Below, one piece after another: positions 13,982 through 26,028 of a stretch of 64,000 bases of DNA. Source of the DNA: Camelus dromedarius (taxonomy: Eukaryota); NCBI RefSeq assembly GCF_036321535.1, contig NC_087437.1, positions 23,934,001-23,998,000 of the forward strand. Reading direction: 5' to 3'. Within the stretch, counting starts at the first letter, position 1. Each line of letters opens with the position of its first letter. A program made the position numbers and the translations under genes. The notes beneath the pieces are model-generated. The model searched no databases. It saw nothing but the letters and a program-made list of their open reading frames with translations, and was not told where the DNA came from.

Positions 13982-13994
13982 CTTTAGAGGCCAT
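13982..13994 (-). CDS. PLSCR5: Phospholipid scramblase 5, coding exon 1 (MASK + 1 nt)
   Basis: Minus strand reads ATG GCC TCT AAA G then donor GTAAGA; matches the recalled PLSCR5 N-terminus MASKDAQNQRR; phase 1 joins exon 2 (G+AT = Asp). Confidence 0.9.
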
Positions 13995-16346
13995 GAAGAT
14001 GTCTGAGTCCCTTCTTCAAAGGCAGTCGGGTTAAAAGAAGAAGCTTTTCTTCCTGAACCAAGGGGAGAAAATACAGCATGCAGGAAACTTCAGAAGGTGT
14101 CTGTCTAGAGGAAGGGAGTGCTTTGCTGTTTCCAGAGGGCTGTATTTCATCATTTTGAACAACAGGGGGAGACGAAGCTATCATCAAAAGTAAACACTAC
14201 TCAGAAACCCTAATACCACTTGGTGGCTGAAAGAATTTCAAAATAATAACAACCAGGAAGAAAAATATACAACACTCATTTTTATGGCTCTTATTTCCAC
14301 TTAAGTTTAAAAAATTATCACTTGGAATACATATTTTTTCATTCATGACTATATCTGAAATACTCTATTATTTTTTCTAATTTCTCGATCTCTCTTGTAC
14401 CAGAGTCTGTGACAAAACATTCTATCACATGTAAGCTTCTGATAGTTCTAAATAAGTTTTTCTGTATTTTGAAAATGTTTGAACATCCATATTCTTATTT
14501 TTTCTCAAGATTTCTCCCTACTCTCTCTCCCGATAACAAACAAGAAGAGGATGTTTTCCCCACTATTTACAAACAAATACATCTTTATTTTCATTTTTAG
14601 TTGAATTTAATGAGTCAGAAGCATTTGAAAATACAAACCTCCAATAACCTCCCAAATTTAAACAAAATATACAGGTAATAATTAACTGTATTGTGTACTG
14701 AGGAGGAAAAAGAAACCAAACCAAACCACTGTAACCTGCATATTTCTAAATGCAGCTAACCAAGTGACCGTGGAGATTTTGCTCACAAAGTCAATTGCCC
14801 TGGGTGGCATGATTTGCAAAAGTTGAACCTGAAGGATATACTGGGTTATCAGCAACACTGTCTACTTTCAAAAATAGTTAAGTGGTGTGAAGAGGCATGG
14901 ATAATGATGAAAGATTGTAAAGCCAGCTCACAGGTTGTAGACAGCCAAAAATTTGGGTTCTTCTGATTTGGCAAAGAGATGTTTCTTTTTGTTGTTGTTT
15001 TGAAACGTTCAAGGTTGAAAAGGGCTGCCGTTATTTGTTACCATTTTGCAGAAAAGGTGTTTAAATATATTTGTAGTTTATATCTAAATTCTGTGTTTCA
15101 CAGACTTCTTAATGTTGGTCATGGGCATTTGGAAAACCTTTGATCCAAAGAACCTAAGTTGTTATTAGCACTATCAACCATGGTATTTTAAGTTATGGTC
15201 CTAATGGACCAGTTAATTTTGATTTTTCAACAGAGCACCAATTATGAAACAAAATATAAACATCTAAATGAATTAAGCATGAAGGAGAAGCTCACAAACC
15301 TTCCTTAAGGGACCTCTGGTACGTTTCAAGTGGCCTATTACCAAGGACTCCCACCCTCCACAAGCTAGCCTCACCTCCGGTCCTGCCTTCCAGGTGCCCT
15401 CACTCCATTGCTCCTAACACTTGCCACCTCTGGAGGAGCACCAGGACCACTATCAATCCTCAAAATGGTCACACTGTCCTCTTGTATCTGTGCTATGAAG
15501 CCCTTGGCTTTTTCAAGCAGCATCAGATTTATTTTGTCATCAGTGTTTTATTCTGCTCCCTGAATCCCATGAAATTAAACAGTACAAGGTAGGCCTGTCC
15601 AGCAGACATAAGCCAAGACTTGAGGATAGCGGTGGGGATTGCAGTACAAAAGATGAGATGTGAAAGTGAGTATCAGAAAACCTCGAATCAGTGGTCTGCC
15701 CCTTCCCAGCAAAACTCCCCACTAGCTTCTCTCTCCTAATCTTGTGCCCTGCTGCTCTGCTGCTTGGGTGTGCTCATCTTCTTAGGATGCCCTGCCTTGC
15801 TTGTCCTTGTTCTCCCCTCCTTCCACCTTGAAAGAAGAATTTCTGTATCCCCTATCTTCAGTTTCAGCCAAAAGGAAATGGAAACACATTGCATCATAAT
15901 CTGGTGCAATCATGCCCTGCCCGTGGCCTTTGCACAGGATGTATCACAGCTATTTCAGAAGATTTGTCCATTCAATGTTACATCATTGTTCAGAACTTCC
16001 CTATCATTTAATTCTTTAGCTGTTAGATACTAGACTTAAATTTTCATGGCTGAAAGGGCTCACTAAAATTGTCTTACTCAGTACAAAGGGAGAGACTGTC
16101 AATTTATTTAAACCTAGATAGTGAGAGAAAAGAAATGCCACCTGTTATAAGCCAAAACAGAACAAAGTCAGCAATGTGCTCTGGATGACATCCTTTGGGG
16201 AGAGAATGCAGAATGGATTAAGATGTAAGCCTACAGATCTGGGACAGGACCAAGGACCAGGACTGGGAGTACTGGCTTTAGGAATATTTCATTAGCTTAA
16301 TGGTTATTCTGCCTCTGGTTTTACTATGAAAATATGTGTCCCTGGA

Positions 16347-16498
16347 GGGGAAGGGTATAGCTCAGTGGCAGAGCACGTGCTTAGTATGCACGAGGTCCTG
16401 GGTTCAATCCCCAGCACCTGCATTAAAAATAAATAAATAAATAAACAAACCTGATTACCTCCCCCCACCAAAACAAAAACAAAAACAAAGGTAAAAAA
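16347..16498 (+). mobile_element. tRNA-derived SINE, camelid type
   Basis: A box tagctcagtgg, B box ggttcaatccc, A-rich tail; TSD atgtgtccct(g/a)ga at 16334-16346 and 16499-16511. Confidence 0.9.
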
Positions 16499-16619
16499 AT
16501 GTGTCCCTAGAAATTATATGCATACATGCATAAATATATACATATGGACATATATAACTAAGTATACATATATATGGAATATGAGAGAATTACTTGTTTT
16601 TCTTGATTTATATAAATGT

Positions 16620-17005
16620 TATTTTAAGTATAATTCTAAAACATGTTTTACGCATTTAATATTGTGGTTTTTTTAAATTGACAATAATGTATAAAATTAC
16701 ATTGTTTTCAGCCACTGTATGTGATTACATTTTATGAGTATATTGAATACAATTTTTGCCCATTGCCATTTTAATGGACATTTGGTGTTTCCATTGTGGA
16801 AGACAATGGTTCGTATGCACAGGTGTAACAGTCCTTTTGAAGGTATATATCCAGGAGTAAAAATGCTGGCTAATGGGATAGGGAGGTCTTTATCTTGGTA
16901 TCACCAAGTTGATCTCCAATGTGCTTGTGCCAATTCACATTCCCAGCAGTAAGGGATAAGGGGTCCCATTTCCACATATCCTGTCCAACAGTAGCTTGGT
17001 CAGCA
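16620..17005 (-). mobile_element. Old L1ME-like 3' fragment
   Basis: Degenerate antisense L1 motifs: atggacatttggtgtttcca, tatatccaggagtaaaatgctgg, cacattcccagcag. Confidence 0.65.
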
Positions 17006-18667
17006 TAGTGGGGAATTAACTAGGGGACTTAATATTAATTTATGAGAAGGCAGCATCTAGAGGTCTTAATGACATTATAATCTGAGAAATGTAAACACCA
17101 TTGTGTGTATTTATGTTTTCAGCTGTTTCTATCATGCCATATCATACAAGAATAATTAACAGCAAATTTATGAATAGCTGGTCATAAAAGTAACCACTAC
17201 AGGTGGGGAATCGTATGTAAATGGACTACAATTTAGTGGTAAAAATAACTTCTTTCATTCAGTGAGGCTCACCGTATGATCTGCTAAAATGTGAATCCGC
17301 TTTTAACAGTCTTGCAGCACTTAAGGTGTGCATTTCTATGCATAAATCTTATCCCTGGGTTTATAAATTCCCATACTGAAATTTACTGTGGAACAGAGCA
17401 GGGTGTAAATAAACAAATGAAATAAAGCAAATAGGGGGAGACTATCATGATTAAATAAATCTTTTCCAGAGTTATTTGATTTGCAACTACATTGCTAAAT
17501 GTAAAATATCCAACTCCTTAATGCAAACTTGGATGTTTCTTCCCTGGGAACGGGCAACTCCAGTTTCAACAGCCATTATCCACACTTTGCAGACTTCCTG
17601 TCAAAGTGTATTTCTTTACTATCTTATTCAAACCCACCCTTTACGTGCAGTGCTTCATTCATTCTTCAGTAGACATTTATCAACTGTTTACTATGTGCGT
17701 ATCAGTAGACAGCTTATTGAGATGTAATGCTATGGCCTCCTCTCTTGGGGAATGAGGACTTCAGTGGAGTATCACAACACAGGGATGCAAGAGTCCTTCA
17801 GTATTTTTAAAAGTAAGGGTCAGTTCCCACCTTCTGAAAATCAGATGATGTAACTCATCCTCTCTCTGAAAAGGAAAGCTAATCAAAGTCAGTAATGCAT
17901 CATTCAAATGAGCAATTCTTTGTTCCACATCTACATGTCTAAGTTTCCTTTCCTGTTACTTTAAAACAGAAAAATAATAACTATTAAGATATTTTTTCTT
18001 AAATACGAAAGAATAGTATATTGGATCATGCTTCTTAACTATTAATAAGAGATTTCTTACCCTCTCTCTTTCTGCCTACTTAAAAAGATATTGATTTAAA
18101 TGACTAGAAAAAAACATAGAAAAGAATTCTAGATACAGAGAAGAATCTGTGAAACTGAAAAAAGCTGGTTCTGGAGCAAATATATCTTGAGGGGTCCCCA
18201 CTCACTGAGATATGACACAAAAAAGACTCCTAATTTAGAGTCCTGTGCACAGACTCCACGGGACAAAAGGTATTCCGTAATCAGTAGATTGTAAAGCCCA
18301 AGGCAGAAGCAAAAGTTTAATTTGTATGTAGAAGTTCTTTTTTTAATTTTCAGCCTTCTACATTTTCTCCAGGTAGGATGAAGTTAAGTTGAATGGTGGT
18401 CTTTGAAGTCATCTGTCTTTATTGTACTTTGTCTTCTGGCGTTTGCCTGATCTGCTATACATAATGCAAACTTTGGCAGTTCATAACGGCATTTTCCCTT
18501 TAAAGAGTCTAAAAATAGAGGAAATATTCTGAGAGGTTGTGGCTTATTCCAGGCCATGTTACTAGAAAAAGAGACTGGCATTCCAAGCAGAAAACTGTAC
18601 GCTACAGACATATGACATATCAACAATTATTTATTTCGATGTTCTTCAGGGTGTATGTGTGTGTCTC

Positions 18668-18728
18668 TGAGAGAGAGAGGAGTGGAAGGAGAGAGAGAGA
18701 GAGAAGGAGAGAGAGGGGGAGGGAGGAG
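18668..18728. repeat. Imperfect (GA)n / purine-rich microsatellite
   Basis: Seen directly. Confidence 0.9.
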
Positions 18729-19263
18729 ATTGGAGCTACTAAGTAGATTGACAGGGAGAATTAAGAAAACATTAAAAAGCTTCAGAAATCCCAATGCTCC
18801 ACACCAAGAACGGCTTTACCATTTTGAAAATCTCTTTATTTCTATCATTTATTTTAAATATGCTTACCTTGTGCCGTGGTTCTGGTGCCTTACTCAGTGT
18901 GGTTGCTTTGTTCTCCCAACATCTGCCTGCATCTTCAGACATCACCAAAATACTGCAACCAGCCCTTCGGGAGCCGCAGCTGACAGCCCAGCAGTGCTCT
19001 GCATACAATTGCCTTCATTGACAGCAGCCATATCAGGCACGGCAGGCAGGCGAGTGCAGCTGCAACCTGGTGCCAGCTAGACTACACCAATTGTTTTCTG
19101 CAGCACGCTTCCTTTGCATTTCCAGCCTCAAAAATAAGCTTCCCCAAGCTTGGATCCCCCCGTCAAGAGCAAAGTTCCCAAGAAATTCAGATAATTATTA
19201 TAACAAATATATATTAAACATTACACAGCATACATTCATTTATGCTGAAGAGTGCATGTTTAT

Positions 19264-19412
19264 GGGGGAGGGTATAGCTCAGTGGTAGAGCACGTGCTTA
19301 GCATGACTGGTTCAATCCTCAGGACCTCCATGAAAAAAATAACTAAATAAGCCTAATTACCCCCCTCAAAATAAATAAATAAATAAAAAGAAACTGGCGC
19401 TTTAAAAAAAAA
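19264..19412 (+). mobile_element. tRNA-derived camelid-type SINE with small internal deletion
   Basis: Same head as the 16347 copy but ~8 nt shorter before the B box; degenerate TSD aagag..c.tgttta. Confidence 0.88.
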
Positions 19413-19957
19413 AGAGCCTGTTTAGTGTTTTCTTCTGGTGCTATTTATAGGCTAGATCATCCCCCAAATGTTATTGCATTTAAATGCACGTTTTTCAACA
19501 TGGTGGCAGAAAGAGTGGGATGGGACTGTCCCCTAAGCCACGGAGAGCCCCTGAATGGGGCTGGGAGGGGGAGGCCTGTGTCAGTGCACATCCTTTTCCT
19601 TGTCTAATGCAGGTCCTGACCCGTCGTAGGCATTTGTGAAATGTTAGCCAGAAGAATGATGGAATAGATGTTACCAAAAGCGTTGTTTCTGGTTTGGGTC
19701 TTCTTCCTTTTATTATTTTGTCTACAGGCAAAAGTATGAACAGTGAGAAATGAATGAGAATTATGATCTTGATCCTGACTTCAAATGATAGTTGTGATTT
19801 GAGTAAGATGTATACAAGTATGCTTTGTGTTTGGGGCATAACTAGAAATAATGCTGCGTTTGCTTCAGGGAGGTATATTGATGTTTTGTATAGTTGTATT
19901 TTTTCCTTTTGAAATCTCCTTAGTTATGTTTTTCTCTAGTTAACTAAATAGATTCTA

Positions 19958-20182
19958 GTGTAATGTGGTCACTAGAAACGCATTTTGAAGCACATATGTA
20001 ATTTAAAACTTTCTAGGATCCACATTTAAAAATTAAAAGAAACAAGTGATATTAATTTAAATAATATATTTTATGTAACCAAATATTTCAAACAGATTAT
20101 AATTTTCACATGCAGCATTAGTCCATTTTCAAGTGCTCAATAATCATGTATGGATGGGTGGCTACTGTATTAGACAGAGAAA
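19958..20182 (+). mobile_element. MER33-like hAT MITE, internally deleted
   Basis: cacatatgtaatttaaaactttctag...aaagaaacaagtgatattaattt...ggctactgtattagacag; flanked by attctag on both sides. Confidence 0.75.
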
Positions 20183-20464
20183 TTCTAGATATTTATCCAG
20201 AAAAAGGCTTGGCTGGTGAACAGATTAGAAGTTGCGTGTGAATCTTATGTGTTTGTTTTGAATATATATGTGCATTAAAATAATTTTGAAGTTCAATATT
20301 TAATTTCTATTTTGAAATAATAGTAACACATTGATACTGGCAAACAAGTTGAAATTATACTGAAAATGATAAATGAAAAGTAAAAGATGTGTATATTTTT
20401 AGGTTAAAAAAATGCTTATACTTATCATATGGGAATATATATTAAGAATTTCTACCTATATGAA

Positions 20465-21121
20465 ATGTTATACAAACTGACATGCACTGTGCTCAACTTT
20501 AGTAGTAAACAGAAAAAAATTAATGAGATACCATTAGCCACTTACTAGAGTGGCAGAAATTAAAAGGGCTGACAGTACCAAGTGTTGGCAGGACATGGAA
20601 CAATGTTAGCTCTTACACACCGCTGGCAAGTGTGTGTGTTGCTACAATAATATTGGAAACAGTTTGGCATTATTTAGTATAGCTGTTCTTTAGAATCAGA
20701 GGGGATTGTTTCTAGGAGCCCCTAATAAGCCAAAATCTGCAGATGCTCAAGTCCCTTTCATAAAATGGTGCAGTGCAATGAATACAGTTGGCCCTCCATT
20801 TCCATGGGTTTTGCATTCACGGATTCAACCAATACCATATGGAAATTTTCATGTGTGGTTGGCCAAATCAGTGGATGCAAAATCCTCAAATACAGAGGGC
20901 TGAATGTATATTATTGAAACATCCATGTATAAGTGGCGCCAGGCAATTCAAACCTGTGCTATTTGAGGAGTCAGCTGTATATTTGAAGAGACACATACTT
21001 AAGCCCTAGCAATTCCACTTCCAACTATATACGAAGAAACCCTTGCACATCTCCAACATGAGAAATACGGAAGAATACTCATTGGAAGCATAGATCATTA
21101 TAACCCCAAATGGGAAACAAC
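20465..21121 (+). mobile_element. Old L1ME-like ORF2 3' fragment interrupted by a Tigger MITE
   Basis: aatgagataccat...accaagtgttggcaggacatggaacaa, resuming after ~20977 with ctagcaattccacttcc...aaatgggaaacaacc. Confidence 0.75.
20680..20976. mobile_element. TcMar-Tigger MITE (MER2/MER8-like)
   Basis: ccaaaatctgcagatgctcaagtccctt...tataagtgg...ttcaaacctgtg...gtcagctg, with TA on both flanks. Confidence 0.75.
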
Positions 21122-21122
21122 C

Positions 21123-21631
21123 TGTTGGTTTGCATACTGTCCCTTGTACATGGAAGGCAAGGAGAGACCAAAGAAAGGCAGAACTCTCCAGATTGGTGGG
21201 TGGTAGTTTTGATACGCAAGGGAACTTATTTAAGTGGCATGTTCTTGGGTAGCTGGAAGGTGAATCGATTTCCACAACTGCTCACCTAAACTTTAAAAGT
21301 TATATAGAAGCCTTAACAGGGCTCAGTCATGTATACATCCAGATGTTCTCAGCAACAGCTTACTGTCTCAAGGCTGTGTCCTTGCAGTAGCATCTAGCTT
21401 GGGGCAGGCAAGCAGAACATACATTCCAAGGATGGGGGAAGGACTGAGGAACTGAAATTTCCTTAACCCCTTAAGTATCACCCCTAACCTTGAATCAGGA
21501 GACAGATTTGAGAGGCTTGCCTCCTGTCTCCTTACTGGTAAACCTCGAAATAATACTCTTTTCTCAAAAGCCGGTGCCATTGTATTGGCTTCTATGTGAC
21601 TCAGGCAGCAAGTGAGCCTTTGCTTGGCAAC
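21123..21631. mobile_element. ERV LTR fragments (apparently two pieces in opposite orientation)
   Basis: Begins TG and ends ggcaaCA; the right part has U5-like ctcttttctcaaaagccggtgccat, the left part resembles an antisense LTR 3' end. Confidence 0.55.
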
Positions 21632-24176
21632 ACTCTCTCTGGAATGCTCCTCTACAAGATGTTTGCAGGTCAACGCCCTTATCTCATTTATGTTTTTACC
21701 TAAATATTGCCTATTTTGTATTTGTTTCCATGTCCTAGTTGGCTGGGTATCCTGTTTCTGTTTGGGGGTGGACACCCTTGTATCCAAAGTGAAGTGGGCT
21801 CCTAGAGCCCTCATCTGCTTCTCAGAAGGTTAGGCTGATTATTTCCCTTGTCCATTCTTCCAGCTGCCATTTCCACATTCTCACCGAGTGCTGGAATAGA
21901 AACACAATTGAAAACTGTTGCTTTTGCCCACAGCATTTCTCGAATGACTAGTCTATGATCCAGAGGGTTAGAGTTTGCAGGGTTGGGACATCGCCTGGTA
22001 AAGGAGATGAGGCGACTGCCGTCAAGGTGTCCAGACCCCTGGCCTTTAGTGCATCCCTTTCACGGGTCCTCTTTCCCCTCTCTCAGAGGGCCTGCCTTGC
22101 TTTTTAAGTTCTTTGTCTTTGACTGCTTTGCCTTCCAGCTGGAGACAGTTAACTCTGGGGAAGATTGTTCATTCTATCTTTCCTTTAAACATCCTTCCCG
22201 CTGGGAAGATCTAAATGAAGAGTCTTAGACATTCTTCCTGCTTCTTAGGTGACTCTGACACAGTGGGGAGGGGCTAAGCATCTAGAGCTGCTGTCCACAT
22301 TTGTCCTAGCCTGCCTGCACGTCTCTTTAGTGTGCTCTCCAAATGGGAGGAAATATCTTAAAATCAAAGGATTCAAGGTACAGAAAGAGACCTTAACATC
22401 ATGTATTATAGTATTTTCCAAGGAGTAGCTTAGGTAGTTATTCAGTTTCTGTGTTACTTTTGATAGTAAGCACTGATAATTGTAAATAAAATGATATGCC
22501 TAAGTATATGCAAGTAGCTACAGAGATGTCCCTGACTTTGATTTCTTAATGCTCTTATCACTATCCTTCTGTTACACCATATTATTTTTCCCTACTCAAA
22601 ACTAGAAAACAATAAAGAGCAATAAAAAAAGTTTCTTTTAGCCTTTTGGATCATTTAAATTTTTAAATCAATTATTAAAATTTTAACCTAATTTTTAAAA
22701 GTTCTCCATAAACAGTCTAACATATTTTGGCCATTTAATCAAGAGCAGGAATTTTGGCTTTCAGATTCATGCTGTTATAAATTGAGATAGTCTGTCCAAT
22801 TTTTTATGAAGAGGCAAAGGGAGGTTTCATTAAATTTCAAAAGCCTGTCTTGTGTCTGACCATCAGTGTGCTATTATTACACTTAACGTCTCTTTCCTCA
22901 TGAGGAAAATCTTTTTCTTTTTTTTAAAATCCCTGTCACTTTCCAAATCATCATTTTTGAGAATCTACCAATCAAAGGAAATTGTAATTCTTTGAGCCTC
23001 TCAGCTGTACTCTTAGTAACCATGGAAACCAAGCCAAACTGTTACCAAGGTAACCTTCCTAAAGCTACAATTTCACTCTCATTAACAATTTTTTTTAAGA
23101 TTAATAAATTCATTGAAGGTTTAACATAAATAACACTGTATTTGTGTATAATTTATGGATTAGAGTATAATTATTTTAAATTCTCATTTTAAATTATATG
23201 TAACTGAATTCATGGTTCAACATAGAGAAACAAGCACAGTCATGTGGCAATGTTTGGAGCAATTCATTGAGTATCTGGAAAGAAAATTAATTTGACCTTG
23301 ATGCTGAGAGTATTCTCCCTTTGGCATATATTTAGCAGCGTAAGGATACTTGTCTCCTTTTTTTTCCCCATACAACTTGATTCTAAAGTATTGAATACCA
23401 TATGATAAATGCTATTCTTGGTCAGTTTGTGTAATCAACCTATGGATAAAACACAGGACATGGTTATAGATAAATAACATAAGGTAAATTATAGAAACCT
23501 TGAAAACATAACAGCAGTTGAATATATTTATTCATATAATGTTTCATGAAAGCAAATGTAATTTCATTAAATAGCTAATCTAATATTGATTTTATTAAAT
23601 AGCTAATCTAATTTTGATTCAATAGGTACTGTTTAAATTGATAAATCAGGAATTGAAAGCATAAACATATTTTAGGATAATCTTATAAATATTTTCATAT
23701 ATTTATAATATTTACATATTTGGATTTTTTAGAATACTTTAATCATATTTTCTAATATCCATCTTGAAAAAATTGTGAATTGTTAAAAGAAAATGGAACC
23801 AGGAGTTGGAAGTTCGGATATAAGACTCATGTTTTAAAACGTTTGCATGATTTGACATTTATGTTTTGAGCACTATGCATTTTAAATAAATACCAAAGCA
23901 AGATTTTTGTTGTTCTGAATTTTGGAGTGGTGTTTTTCATAGTGAAAAGGAATGTGTAGGAATTTTTATTTCTCTCTGAATTGAATGTGAACATAAATAC
24001 ATGTACTAGATTTTCTGGGAGGGTCCTCTTCCCCATAAGTATTTCTCTTCTTTTCAAATTGTCCATTTATTTCCTTTTTTTTCCTATTAGGGAGAAAGTA
24101 CAGAGGCATGGATCAGTGGATCTGCGGCCCTGAATCTGGAGCATGAGCACAAACAAGGGCCAACACATGCACTGCC

Positions 24177-24600
24177 TGTAAATGAATGAGGAAGGGACCC
24201 CCAGCGGTCAGGGTACCTATGAGAAACAGAAGCACCTTCAAAATAGAACAAGGTCAGGAATATTTATTTACAAAGGCATTATTTCTACATTTGTGGGTGT
24301 GGAGACCTAGGACAAATACCCCTCAGTCTGCTAGTCAGCCAGAAAGAGAGAGTCAGGTGGGGCTGACTGCGGGAGAGGGACGTAAGAGGGAAATAGCTCC
24401 TCTGACCTCTCCCTCCCTGACCTTCCCGTCTCCCGGCTCCTCTCTGGCTAAACTCCCACAAGAAGACAAAGGGTTCTATTTTGTAGAAAAAAGAAATCGG
24501 TTTCTTTGGGCAGAGAGCAGGGTAGGGCTAGGTGGAGATGGACAGAGAATGGACTTTAAGGGGCCAAAGGAGAATATCTGTCATGAAACCCCTACCTTGA
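24177..24600 (-). mobile_element. Probable ERV solo LTR
   Basis: TG start, antisense polyA signal (tttatt, ~24263), GC-richer LTR-like body; right end uncertain. Confidence 0.5.
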
Positions 24601-25182
24601 GTCCCTTTTGTGATTTTGTTAGAACTGGGATTTTACTCTCATCTGTCAGAAAAATGGTTGCAATCAACATACAAATCTGCCATGTCTGTAATATGAATGG
24701 CCTTCTCTTAGGTATGACAACAACATACATGACACCACCTGCAAAGCCATGGGTTGCTGCCTTATGTTTGAGAAAAATTCAGAATATCGAACCTGGCCTG
24801 ACTCCACTATTGGCACTTTTTATTTACAATGCAACACTAGCCTGTAAAAAGAAGCTACGATGAATTTAAGTTTCATTGCATTACCAGGGTCACACTGATG
24901 GAATTCAGAAATGGGGAGCTAACCCCATCGAGATGCTTCAGGTCCCAAAACTCCACCATCAGAGAAGTCCTTTGAACCCCATTTTCAATAGTCCTTGTTT
25001 AGAATACTTACTCCCCCCTGCTTGGAGAAACACAACAAAATGATTCTTACTGCAGAAATCATGACTTTAAATACAGGTTTCTTCTTTTAAAAAAATCTGG
25101 GGCATCACTAGAGTGCATGGTTCACATGAAAAAGGCAGTACTTGAAGGAGGAAAAGGGGAAGGAACAAACTTCTCATGCTCT

Positions 25183-25548
25183 TGTTAACCTAAAACAAAT
25201 AGGCTGCCAGTTATTTCTCCAGCAAAAGTGAGTTTATTAAGGATCAGTGAAGAATTGCAATTTGGAGTTTGCAACCCTGGGGAGACATGTGGAAGTCCCC
25301 AGCATACATGAAGAGGTGGACTCTTTTATGGAGGGAAAAAGGAAGTTGGGAGAGCTACAGTAAACAGAGTCTGCGGCTTTTCATCCACTGTTTTGTGACT
25401 GTCTCTCCTTCACTGAGCTTCTTGCCAGGCAAGAAAAGGGGGTCCTCCTTCTTCCTGTTGGGCTCTGCTATCACGGCAGGGCATGGGAACTCCCCTTTCT
25501 GGTCTCCAGACTCCATTTAATTAAGGTCTTTGTTTATTAATTTTTATA
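25183..25548 (-). mobile_element. ERV solo LTR
   Basis: tgttaacc...gagtttatt...cttttat...ctccattt; near-TSD ctct/ccct. Confidence 0.7.
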
Positions 25549-25784
25549 CCCTTATCATCTTTTGCATCTGACATTATGAGAGAAAAGTAAATGTATGTTT
25601 AATTTAGTTAATCACAGCAAATTGACAAGGTGAGTAATTTTCCCTCATTTTACAAGTGCTGTGTATGTTTTCTATGAAATTTGGTTCCAATCATGTTCTT
25701 TGCTATACAGTTGAAGGTGATTATGAGTCATAAAACAACCAGCGTTAGGAGAGGAACAGAATGTGAGAAGGTACTAGACTAGGT

Positions 25785-26028
25785 CAGTGAATTTCAAAAT
25801 GTATCTTGGGAAATCCTCATGTTCTAAGGGCAGACAGGTCTCTCTGAATTGAATGTGAACATAAATACACGTACTAGATTTATATTACTAAAGGCTTCTG
25901 AATACAAAGGGCAGGGCAGGATGTGGGACCCCAGTGAGGCTGGGCAGAGAGACTCTGGACCCCTTCTCTCCTTTAAAACAGAGAATCTTTGATTTCATCT
26001 GTGTTTGAAAGTTCTTTAAGAACAACTG
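25785..26028. mobile_element. hAT-Charlie MITE (MER103-like) carrying a 43-bp duplicated segment
   Basis: Imperfect TIRs cagtgaatttcaaa / tttaagaacaactg with ctag-containing flanks. Confidence 0.55.

Noticed and set aside
16347..16425. Functional tRNA genes at the SINE heads
   Set aside because: A-rich tails, TSDs and divergence among copies show they are SINEs.
18537..19288. Cluster of overlapping ORFs
   Set aside because: Produced by the GA repeat and higher GC; no homology recognised.
21368..21833. 148-aa and 73-aa ORFs
   Set aside because: Overlap LTR sequence; no gag/pol/env motifs.
24186..24863. Longest ORF (225 aa)
   Set aside because: Starts inside an LTR-like element, has no recognisable domain and no supporting exon structure; probably chance.
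23971..25881. A 1.9-kb element bounded by 43-bp terminal repeats
   Set aside because: The interior is a mosaic of older elements, there is no outer TSD, and the second copy appears to interrupt a MITE.
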